From the NCBI GenBank assembly GCA_965222715.1, contig OZ244961.1, positions 365,458-429,457 of the forward strand: 64,000 nt of DNA, written 5' to 3'. The stretch is from Minisyncoccota bacterium. Lineage in GTDB: Bacteria; Patescibacteriota; Minisyncoccia; Phycocordibacterales; JABMNX01. The notes below the pieces were generated by a model. The model was not told the origin of the DNA and ran no database searches. It saw only the letters and a list, made by a program, of their open reading frames with translations. Below, one piece after another: positions 18,101 through 26,227 of this stretch. Position 1 is the first letter of the stretch. Every line of letters begins with the position of its first letter. A program made the position numbers and the translations under genes.

Positions 18101-20035
18101 ATGACAAAAAACGACACACAACTGTTGGAAGGAATTATAAGCGTCACCAGCCGAGGTATTGGGTATGTAACCGCTGAAGGGTACGAGGAAGATATTGAAA
18201 TACCTGAAGGGCGTCTTAATACCGCTCTGCATCGAGATGTGGTGAGCATCTCACTTCTACCTGAAAAAAGTGAATACGGCCGTGTGCAGGGTGAGGTTGT
18301 TGAAATTATTTCACGAGCAAAAACTCGTTTTGTTGGTACTCTCGAAGAAGAAAGTGGTGTGCGATACCTCAAACCTGACAACTTTCGTTTTTACCCGCGA
18401 ATGCGTGTCACTGAGGGCTCTGAGAATATTGGTGAAAATATAAAAGTACTGGTTGAGCTTACTCGTTGGGAGAACCCAGAGCGAGACCCTGAAGGAAAAG
18501 TTGTTAGCGTTATTGGAGAGAAAGGTGAGCATGAGACCGAGATGCAGGCAATTCTCATTGGGCATGATTTTGATGTGAACTTCCCTCCTGAGGTTGAAGA
18601 AGAAGCAAAAAAAATTGGTGAGCATCGAGACATTACCTCTGAAGAAGTAGCGAAGCGTCGTGATATGCGTGACGTAACTACGTTCACCATTGACCCAGCT
18701 GACGCAAAGGATTTTGATGACGCACTCTCATTTAGAGAAGTTGGTGGAGATCATGTGGAGGTTGGTATTCATATTGCTGATGTGACTCACTACGTTTTAC
18801 CTGGTGGCCCAATTGATACTGAAGCGCAAGAGCGTGGGACTTCAATCTATCTTGTTGACCGCACTATCCCCATGCTTCCTGAAGTACTTTCAAACGATGT
18901 ATGTAGCTTAAACCCAAACGAAGATAAATTAGCCTTTTCTGCAATCTTCACCTTAAGTAAAGATGGTTCTGTGACTGACCGATGGTTTGGGCGTACTGTC
19001 ATTAACTCAGACAAACGTTTTACCTACCAAGAAGCGCAAGACAGGCTCGACACCAAAGAAGGTGAGTTTGCACAAGAGTTGTTAGTACTTGAAGATCTCG
19101 CAAAGAAACTTCGTGCTAAGCGATTCAAAGAAGGTTCAATTGGATTTGAACGTGATGAGGTGAAATTTAAACTTGATGAGCATGGCACACCAATTGATGT
19201 AGTGGCTAAAGAGCGACTTGAGACGATGATGCTTATTGAAGACTTTATGCTTCTTGCTAACCGCGAAGTAGCAAAACATCTCTTTGAATTGTGTGAAGAT
19301 AAGAAGCACGCAAACTCGGTGCTTATCTATCGTATTCATGATGCGCCAGATCCAGATAAAATTGAACAACTTGCAATATTCCTCCGAGCAATTGGTTATG
19401 ACCTTGAGGTGAAAAATGGCGAGGTAAGTTCAAAAGATATTAATAACCTTATTCAAAAAGTAAAAGATACTCCTGAAGAACGCTTGATTACAACCGCAAC
19501 CATTCGCTCAATGGCAAAAGCAGTGTACTCAACAAAAAATATTGGGCACTTCTCTCTTGCTTTTGATTTCTACACTCACTTCACCTCCCCTATTCGCCGC
19601 TACCCTGACATGATGGTGCACCGCATCCTTGCAAGTCATTTAGATGGTTCCCCTATTCCTCCCGAAGAATTACAAACATACAAACGATTGACACTTGAAT
19701 CATCACAAAAAGAGATTGAGGCTTCAGCTGCTGAACGTGAATCGATTAAATACAAACAGGTTGAGTATATGCAAAAACATGTTGGTGAAGAGTTTGATGG
19801 TGTAGTCACCGGTGTTGCTGACTTTGGCGTCTTTGTTGAAGAAGGAAAAACAAAAGCAGAAGGTATGATTCGCATGCGCGACCTTGGAGACGATTATTTC
19901 TCACATGACCCAAAACAGTACGCAGTTATTGGTGAGAGAAACCACAAAAAATACCAACTTGGCGACACACTTCGCGTAAAACTTGTTGAAGCAGATCTTG
20001 ATCAGCGCCAACTCACCTGGGTGCCAGTATCATAA
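18101..20035 (+). CDS. rnr: Ribonuclease R / RNase II family 3'-5' exoribonuclease
   Basis: RNB domain motifs (TIDPADAKDFDDALS, YLVDRTIPMLP), cold-shock-like N-terminal domains and C-terminal S1 domain (GVVTGVADFGVFVE). Confidence 0.9.
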   Translation: MTKNDTQLLEGIISVTSRGIGYVTAEGYEEDIEIPEGRLNTALHRDVVSISLLPEKSEYGRVQGEVVEIISRAKTRFVGTLEEESGVRYLKPDNFRFYPRMRVTEGSENIGENIKVLVELTRWENPERDPEGKVVSVIGEKGEHETEMQAILIGHDFDVNFPPEVEEEAKKIGEHRDITSEEVAKRRDMRDVTTFTIDPADAKDFDDALSFREVGGDHVEVGIHIADVTHYVLPGGPIDTEAQERGTSIYLVDRTIPMLPEVLSNDVCSLNPNEDKLAFSAIFTLSKDGSVTDRWFGRTVINSDKRFTYQEAQDRLDTKEGEFAQELLVLEDLAKKLRAKRFKEGSIGFERDEVKFKLDEHGTPIDVVAKERLETMMLIEDFMLLANREVAKHLFELCEDKKHANSVLIYRIHDAPDPDKIEQLAIFLRAIGYDLEVKNGEVSSKDINNLIQKVKDTPEERLITTATIRSMAKAVYSTKNIGHFSLAFDFYTHFTSPIRRYPDMMVHRILASHLDGSPIPPEELQTYKRLTLESSQKEIEASAAERESIKYKQVEYMQKHVGEEFDGVVTGVADFGVFVEEGKTKAEGMIRMRDLGDDYFSHDPKQYAVIGERNHKKYQLGDTLRVKLVEADLDQRQLTWVPVS

Positions 20036-20060
20036 AAAACCCTTTGCTGAAGCCACAATA

Positions 20061-20086
20061 AACGCCAAAGGTACCTTTGGCGTTTA
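20061..20086. terminator. Bidirectional intrinsic terminator, copy 2 of the recurring AAACGCCAARGGTACCYTTGGCGTTT palindrome
   Basis: aataaacgccaaaggtacctttggcgtttatt between convergent rnr and hydrolase genes. Confidence 0.7.
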
Positions 20087-20092
20087 TTATTT

Positions 20093-20677
20093 CTAGTTTT
20101 TAATATTTTGTATTATTTCTGGGAAGGTCTCTCCGAGGAAGTGACCACGATCAGTGAATGTTTCTAGTTTGGCCGTTGGTAGTGCCCTTTGATACTCTTC
20201 TGCATCTTTATAAGACACCACGTCGTCATCTTTTGAATGGTAAATATAGATTTCCTCAGCTTGTTCCTCGACTCCTACAATGCTTTTACCAAGATCAAAA
20301 CCAGCCACATACCCAAAACAACCTGAGACAAGATGCAGTTGAGTGACTTTCTTTGGAAAGGTATTTTCTGAAAGATACTTTGCGAGAAAGTTGGCACCAA
20401 GAGAGTGACCAATAAGAATTACTTCTTCAGCAAAAAACTTAAAATGTCGCTCAAACCAGATTTTCCACTCCTCATACCGAGCATCATCTTTAATCGGCAT
20501 ACTTAAGAAAAGTATTTCATAGTCTTCCCCAAGTTCATCTGCTAAGGTGTGCTTCCATCGCTTACTATGCTCCATCCGTGGATCACTCACCTCCATCTCA
20601 TCTCGAATATACGCAACGAACTCATCTCGCGAATTCCACGCTTCACCACCATGTATAAAAATTACCTGTTTTTTCAT
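20093..20677 (-). CDS. Alpha/beta-hydrolase fold serine hydrolase (YdeN/RBBP9-like esterase)
   Basis: MKKQVIFIHGG..., nucleophile elbow LIGHSLGANF, C-terminal His region. Start set at MKKQV; the ORF track extends to 20767. Confidence 0.6.
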   Translation of the reverse strand: MKKQVIFIHGGEAWNSRDEFVAYIRDEMEVSDPRMEHSKRWKHTLADELGEDYEILFLSMPIKDDARYEEWKIWFERHFKFFAEEVILIGHSLGANFLAKYLSENTFPKKVTQLHLVSGCFGYVAGFDLGKSIVGVEEQAEEIYIYHSKDDDVVSYKDAEEYQRALPTAKLETFTDRGHFLGETFPEIIQNIKN

Positions 20678-20687
20678 ATAGTATATT

Positions 20688-22907
20688 TTACTTCGCAACT
20701 TGAACCGCCTCGTCGAATTTGACTGAAAGGAGTTTTGAGACGCCATCTGAGCCCATGGTAACACCATAAAGAATTCCTGCGACTGACATAGTTTCTCGGT
20801 TATGGGTGATAAGAATAAGCTGTGTCTTTTTAGAGAGGTCTTTAATCATTTCACCGTATTTTCGTGAGTTTGCTTCATCAAGCGCTGCGTCTGTTTCATC
20901 AAGAATTAAGAATGGCGGTGGATTCACCTGGCTCATTGCAAAAAGAAGTGCAATTGAGGTAAGTGCACGCTCTCCTCCTGAGAGCATTTGAAGACCCTTC
21001 ACTTTCTTTCGTGGTAGTGATACAGAAATATCAATACCTGCTTCGGTCTCTTCCTCCTCATCAACCTGCTCTATTCCCTCTTCCTCATCTGAAAATACAC
21101 TCCTCTTTTGAGTCTTCTTTTGTGCAAGCACTGTAAGTGACGCTTCGCCACCACCAAAAAGAATCGAGAAGAAGTGTTGAAATTCTTTGTTAATTTTTGA
21201 AATACCATCGTTAAAACGCTTTGCGAGTTTTTCATCAAGGTCAGCAATAATACCTTTTAGTTTTTCTGCTGATTCTTCAAGATCAGCAATTTCCCGCTCG
21301 AGGAATTCGTCACGTTCACTCGCTTCTTGATACTCTTTGAGAATTTCCTCACTTGAACCACCACCTGCTTCTTCAACACGAATTTTTATCTTTTCAATCT
21401 CACGCTTACGCTTCTCCTGCTCACCCCGTGATTCACCGAGAGCTACTTCTTCAACTACTTCTGCATTTTGATACTGAAGCACCTCTCTTCCAACAAGTAC
21501 CGCACCTTCTTCCATATCTCGTTTAAATTCGTTCTCAATATGCTTAAGCACATCCTCATCTCGCTCAAGGTCGTGCAGCACTGCCTCGACTTTGCTTTTC
21601 TCAGTAGTGATACGAAATACTTCGCGCTCTGCTTCTCGCCCCTCATCTTTAGTTGCATCAATGTCTTCTTGCAGTTGTTTATATCGCTCTGCATAGGTGC
21701 GTTCTTTTTCTTCAATTTCTTTAAATTGCGCATCAAGGGTCATCTTTTCTTTTCGTAGTGTATCAAGGTCTGTGGTGCCAGCTTCCCCCTCATCTTTTCT
21801 ATGTTTGGTAATAAAGGAGGTAATAAGGTTACGTATTTTTTCTAGTTGGGTCTTTAGACCTGAAACTGAATCTGCTTCAACCGCAGCTTCTTTTTCTATA
21901 TCTTTTGCTAACGACTCAAGATCACTAAGAGGGACGGTGTGTGTTGTCACCTTTTTTGCATGTTCTTCTGCAAAGGCAATTTGCCCTTCAAGTCGTCCAA
22001 TTTCTCGAGAAAGCTCGTCTCTTTTAGTACGCACATCTGAGAGATTCTTCTCAGCTTCAAGCACTTCTTTGCCTTTCTCATTATCCTGAGAGGTGCGCGC
22101 AAGTGTCTCTCGAGCATTCTCCAAGTCTCTCACCAACTGCTGAAGTTGTTGCTTTGGTTCTTTACGCCTTGTCTCTATTTCTTCTTTTGCGTGTGTAATA
22201 TAGATTTCTTCACGTTTTAAGTATTCACGTAACAAATCCTTAAGATCGTCACGCATCTGTTTTGTCCTTTCTATTTTATCAACCTGACGTTTTAAGAATT
22301 TGAGGTGCGGCGCAATTTCTTTACGGAGTGAAGTAACATGAGAAATATTTTCATTAGTACGCTCTAGTTTACGTTCACTCTCCTTCTTTTTGTATTGAAA
22401 AATTTTAAGCCCGAGCGCGTCTTCAATCATTTCTCGACGATCTTTGACACTTGCTGAAAGAATTCTATCTGCCTCTCCTTGAGAAATAATATGGTGCCCT
22501 GTTGAGCCAACATTTGCACTTGCAAGAAGTTCAGCAACATCTTTGAGCCGCACTCGAGAACCATTAATTGAGTATTGATTCACCCCATCACGATGTACTT
22601 CACGTTCAATAGACACTTCATCAAAATCAATATCGAACAATCGAGAAGAGTTATCAAAAACCACCTTCACCAAGGCACGGTTTGAGCGCGGCATACTTTG
22701 AGAACCGCCCCAAATAAGATCTTCGCCGCGCTTCGTTCGCATTGATTTAAATGACTGCTCGCCAAGTACAAAACGAAAGGCTTCAGCGGTATTTGATTTA
22801 CCTGAGCCATTTGGTCCAACAATTGCAGTAATAGGAGAAGCGAACTCGAGTTCGCCTTTTTTTGCAAATGATTTAAATCCCGAAAGTTCGAGTGATTTTA
22901 GATACAT
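20688..22907 (-). CDS. smc: SMC-family chromosome segregation ATPase, short form (739 aa) with no recognisable hinge
   Basis: N-terminal Walker A MYLKSLELSGFKSF...GPNGSGKSN. C-terminal signature LSGGERALTSIALLFAM and Walker B ILDETDAALDE. Middle entirely coiled-coil-like. Confidence 0.85.
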   Translation of the reverse strand: MYLKSLELSGFKSFAKKGELEFASPITAIVGPNGSGKSNTAEAFRFVLGEQSFKSMRTKRGEDLIWGGSQSMPRSNRALVKVVFDNSSRLFDIDFDEVSIEREVHRDGVNQYSINGSRVRLKDVAELLASANVGSTGHHIISQGEADRILSASVKDRREMIEDALGLKIFQYKKKESERKLERTNENISHVTSLRKEIAPHLKFLKRQVDKIERTKQMRDDLKDLLREYLKREEIYITHAKEEIETRRKEPKQQLQQLVRDLENARETLARTSQDNEKGKEVLEAEKNLSDVRTKRDELSREIGRLEGQIAFAEEHAKKVTTHTVPLSDLESLAKDIEKEAAVEADSVSGLKTQLEKIRNLITSFITKHRKDEGEAGTTDLDTLRKEKMTLDAQFKEIEEKERTYAERYKQLQEDIDATKDEGREAEREVFRITTEKSKVEAVLHDLERDEDVLKHIENEFKRDMEEGAVLVGREVLQYQNAEVVEEVALGESRGEQEKRKREIEKIKIRVEEAGGGSSEEILKEYQEASERDEFLEREIADLEESAEKLKGIIADLDEKLAKRFNDGISKINKEFQHFFSILFGGGEASLTVLAQKKTQKRSVFSDEEEGIEQVDEEEETEAGIDISVSLPRKKVKGLQMLSGGERALTSIALLFAMSQVNPPPFLILDETDAALDEANSRKYGEMIKDLSKKTQLILITHNRETMSVAGILYGVTMGSDGVSKLLSVKFDEAVQVAK

Positions 22908-22948
22908 CCTCTATAGCTTACCGTTTTTAGGCGTATGCTTCCAGTGTA

Positions 22949-23641
22949 TTACCAGCCTTTTTTCTCAAGTGCTGCTCGAGCAGCTTCTTGTTCTGCTTCT
23001 TGTTTTGCTCGCCCAGTACCACGCGCGACAAGTTCTTTTCCTACATACACACCTACTACGAACGTCTTGTCATGATCTGGTCCCTTCTCATCAATAAGCT
23101 CATAACTTGGGGTGATCCCCGTGTGCTCCTGAGCTTGCTCTTGGAAATTACTTTTTGCGTCCTGCCAGAGACGTTTTTCAATTACCTCATCCATCAAATA
23201 AAACAAATTCTTCGATATAAATTGTGCTGCACTGTCATAGCCCTGATCAAGATAGAGTGCCCCTACAATTGATTCAAAGGTGTTTGCAAGAATATATTGT
23301 CGCGCACGACCTGTGTCTTGCGCTTCGCCTTTTGAAAGTAGTAGGTATTCATTTACCCCAAGTTTATTTGATGCCTCAGAAAGTGTATTGGTATTCACGA
23401 GTGCGGCGCGATACGCAGTTAAATCGCCTTCAGTTTTATCTGGATAAGTGTCAAAAAGAAATCGAGTGACGACAAGCTCAAGCACTGCATCACCAAGAAA
23501 CTCAAGACGCTCGTTGTGTTCAAAACCACTGTCTCGATGCTCGTTAATATATGAACGATGCGTGAAGGCTTGCTGTAAAAGATTGCTGTCTTTGAATGTA
23601 ACACCAATCACTTTTTGAAACTCATGTATGTCTTTTTCCAT
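22949..23641 (-). CDS. rnc: Ribonuclease III
   Basis: ERLEFLGDAVLELVV catalytic signature, C-terminal dsRBD. Confidence 0.93.
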   Translation of the reverse strand: MEKDIHEFQKVIGVTFKDSNLLQQAFTHRSYINEHRDSGFEHNERLEFLGDAVLELVVTRFLFDTYPDKTEGDLTAYRAALVNTNTLSEASNKLGVNEYLLLSKGEAQDTGRARQYILANTFESIVGALYLDQGYDSAAQFISKNLFYLMDEVIEKRLWQDAKSNFQEQAQEHTGITPSYELIDEKGPDHDKTFVVGVYVGKELVARGTGRAKQEAEQEAARAALEKKGW

Positions 23642-23771
23642 CCCGTTAGTGTTAGGACACCACTATGTTAAATATGGTGTCATTGGTTAAACTTTAAATA
23701 AATATTCACATTATTTCAATGGTTCGAGTCAGTGTCCGACGGCTACCTAAAGGTAGCCTAACACTAACGGG
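23642..23771 (-). promoter_or_regulatory. Long-range stem: 15-bp perfect inverted repeat (CCCGUUAGUGUUAGG / CCUAACACUAACGGG) enclosing the entire nusB-rnc intergenic spacer, abutting the rnc AUG; candidate RNase III processing/autoregulatory stem
   Basis: Arms at 23642-23656 and 23757-23771. Inner 7-bp hairpin ggctacc-taaa-ggtagcc. Stem 3' arm ends 1 nt before rnc start codon. Confidence 0.45.
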
Positions 23772-23779
23772 ATCCATGA

Positions 23780-24700
23780 TTACTTGTCAGTAGTATCTTT
23801 TTTCACTAGTTGGTTGATTGCAGTAGTGATAATCGGGAGAATATCATCATAAAAATTAAGGTCAAGGATGTCCGAAAGTTTAAACCATTTTGCGTCATCA
23901 AGACCACCTTTGTCCTCAGGAAGAGTGAGATCTTCAAATGGTGCTTTTGCAAGATAATACACTACCTGTTTTCGCACCTTACCCTTCTCCGGTTGGCTGG
24001 CAATATACTCATTGGTGCCAAGTTTTTTCTTCAATTCAACGGATATACCAAGCTCTTCTTTAACCCCACGGGCAATACCCTCTTGAATTTCTTCATTCTC
24101 TTGAATGTGTCCTTTTGAAAGTGTCCAGTGACCAAATACATCATGAACAAGTGCAAGATATATCTCTTCCCCATCTTGTGCGTAGACAACTGCACCACCA
24201 AGTCGTTCAATAGGCATCTCTTCATACGGCACCTCTTTTACCTTTTTCTTTTTTGAGGTTTCGTTCTTACCTGGCTCGCCAAGCTCTTTATACACAGCCC
24301 CGAGTACTCCATTTACAAATCGACCACTATTCTCTCCTCCAAATGTCTTTGCGAGTTCGATTGCTTCATTAATCGCAACCTTTGCTGGCACTTCTTCACG
24401 GTCAGCAAATAAAAGCTCGGCAAGCCCAAGCCGGAGTACATTACGATCAACCACTGAAATTTTCTCAATTGGCCACTCTGGTGCGGCTTTCTCTATGATC
24501 TGGTCGAGCTCATTTCGTTTTGAAAGCACTAAATCAAGAAGTCGTTTAGTGAATGAGGCATCATTTAATCCTGGCGCGAACTCTTCAGTATTTCGTGCAA
24601 GTGCTTCGTCAATATCAGCACTCTTCCCTTTTACATCATCAAAATCAAACTCAAAGAGAGTTTGAAGAACAATACTTCTGGAAAGGTGCCTATTTGCCAT
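23780..24700 (-). CDS. nusB: NusB antitermination factor fused to a C-terminal NUDIX hydrolase domain
   Basis: N-terminal ~150 aa NusB (LQTLFEFDF..., VDRNVLRLGLAELLF). C-terminal Nudix box GHIQENEEIQEGIARGVKEELGI. Confidence 0.85.
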   Translation of the reverse strand: MANRHLSRSIVLQTLFEFDFDDVKGKSADIDEALARNTEEFAPGLNDASFTKRLLDLVLSKRNELDQIIEKAAPEWPIEKISVVDRNVLRLGLAELLFADREEVPAKVAINEAIELAKTFGGENSGRFVNGVLGAVYKELGEPGKNETSKKKKVKEVPYEEMPIERLGGAVVYAQDGEEIYLALVHDVFGHWTLSKGHIQENEEIQEGIARGVKEELGISVELKKKLGTNEYIASQPEKGKVRKQVVYYLAKAPFEDLTLPEDKGGLDDAKWFKLSDILDLNFYDDILPIITTAINQLVKKDTTDK

Positions 24701-24749
24701 ATAAAAAGTAAGAAAACGAAAGGAACCAAAAACTCGTTACGGTACGAGT

Positions 24750-25064
24750 TTATTTCTTTGAGAGATTTTCTGGGTCGAGGTTTTGATTCTCTTTTGTCTC
24801 TGCTTGTGTGTCTTCTACCTCTCTTCCTTTCTCCTCGATACCCATTTCCTTGCGCTTTGCTGCCTGCTTTTCAGCTTTTTTCTCAGCGTGTGCCGCAACA
24901 TCAACCACCATTCGGCCCTTGTAGTGACCGCACTCTGGACACATTCGGTGTCGAAGGTGCTTTTCACCACAATGTGAGCACGTCGAAGTACGCGGCTCTT
25001 CGAGTCGCTGGTGGCTCCGACGTTTACCGGTAGCTGAACGGTTGATTCTCATTCGTACAGACAT
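24750..25064 (-). CDS. rpmF: 50S ribosomal protein L32 with Lys/Glu-rich C-terminal extension
   Basis: MSVRMRINRSATGKRRSHQRL... and CSHCGEKHLRHRMCPECGHYKG zinc ribbon. Start set at MSVRMR. Confidence 0.8.
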   Translation of the reverse strand: MSVRMRINRSATGKRRSHQRLEEPRTSTCSHCGEKHLRHRMCPECGHYKGRMVVDVAAHAEKKAEKQAAKRKEMGIEEKGREVEDTQAETKENQNLDPENLSKK

Positions 25065-25155
25065 TGCTAGATAGTATACAAATAAACGGCAAAAATACAA
25101 GCTTTTTAAAGTTTTTATACTGACGGGTATTTGAGAAAGGTATAGAAAAGTAAAA

Positions 25156-25180
25156 GCGGTGTCGCGCCATGCGACACCGC
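25156..25180 (-). terminator. Intrinsic terminator (minus strand) downstream of small Cys-rich ORF
   Basis: gcggtgtcgc-gccat-gcgacaccgc hairpin followed by UUUUACUUUUC on minus strand. Confidence 0.5.
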
Positions 25181-25204
25181 CTCCCCTGTGTGACTCTTGT
25201 CGGG

Positions 25205-25471
25205 TTATGCAGCCCGACGAAACCTTCCGAGTTCCTCGAGTGTGTAGGTTCTAGGCTTGAAGGTCTCGATGAGATCGAGGACCATCCTTGCCTCTTCTTC
25301 AGCATCGGTAAAGCGACGCACAAAATCGTCGCACCGATTAGTCGGCGAGGTGCATCCTTCATTGCAGTTGCTGCAGAGTTTGCAGACAGTGCTTTCAGGA
25401 ACCTCACGACTTCCCTCAGCTGAGAGAATGTCATACATCTCGTCCGATGCTGTTTCTTCTTCACTAAACAC
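25205..25471 (-). CDS. Small acidic Cys-cluster protein (88 aa), possible minimal YceD/DUF177-like protein upstream of rpmF
   Basis: Translation has CKLCSNCNEGC...NRC cluster. Position immediately upstream of L32 gene mirrors the yceD-rpmF arrangement. GC-elevated; low confidence that it is coding. Confidence 0.3.
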   Translation of the reverse strand: MFSEEETASDEMYDILSAEGSREVPESTVCKLCSNCNEGCTSPTNRCDDFVRRFTDAEEEARMVLDLIETFKPRTYTLEELGRFRRAA

Positions 25472-25545
25472 GCTTACCTCCCAAGTTTCTGGAAATTGAA
25501 TACAGGTTGTAGAAGAACAACCAAGGAGGGATTATAAAGTACATA

Positions 25546-26148
25546 CTACTTTCCGTCAACAGTAAGGAAGCTCTTCCTGTGAATAGCACACACACCATGC
25601 TGCATAATACGTTCATAATGTTTTTTTGTGCCATACCCCTTATGCGTTTCAAAACCATACTCTGGATACTGCACTCCAAGTTGCACCATTTTTCTATCTC
25701 GAGTTACTTTTGCGGCAATTGAAGCAAGAGCGATAAGAGGCTCTTTCTCGTCTCCTTTAATAATTGTTTTTTGATAGAAAAACTTCTTTGGTGCGTGCAG
25801 CCCTCCATCAAGAAGTAGCTGTGTTTTCTCTGGATTTTTTTGAAGCCGATTCAAGGCGCTGCTGATTGCTCTATGTAGTGCATACATAATTCCCTTACTA
25901 TCAATGATGTCTTGGGAGATGGATGTGGTTGTGTAGGAAATATACGTTGCTTGTTTAATATACCTCAGCCATTCTTCTCGCTTTTTTTCGGAAAGTTGTT
26001 TTGAGTCAGCTAGGTGGCGTGGAATCCTTCTTATATCTTTTCGTGCTACACATACCGCACCCACTGTTACTGGTCCCGCAACAGGACCTCTTCCTACTTC
26101 GTCAATTCCAATAATGTGAGTACAGTTCTTAGAAATTCTTTGTCGCAT
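25546..26148 (-). CDS. rnhB: Ribonuclease HII
   Basis: IIGIDEVGRGPVAGPV motif, 200 aa. Confidence 0.92.
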   Translation of the reverse strand: MRQRISKNCTHIIGIDEVGRGPVAGPVTVGAVCVARKDIRRIPRHLADSKQLSEKKREEWLRYIKQATYISYTTTSISQDIIDSKGIMYALHRAISSALNRLQKNPEKTQLLLDGGLHAPKKFFYQKTIIKGDEKEPLIALASIAAKVTRDRKMVQLGVQYPEYGFETHKGYGTKKHYERIMQHGVCAIHRKSFLTVDGK

Positions 26149-26227
26149 AGCTGTTATCGTACTTCATAGTATAGCTACTTTTTGGTGGATAACCCACTAA
26201 AAGTGGAGATGCTATACTGGTGACACT

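Noticed and set aside
25024-25464. 146-aa minus-strand ORF starting inside rpmF
   Set aside because: Overlaps L32 in another frame. Translation is Arg/Ser-rich junk. The 88-aa frame and rpmF frame are more credible.
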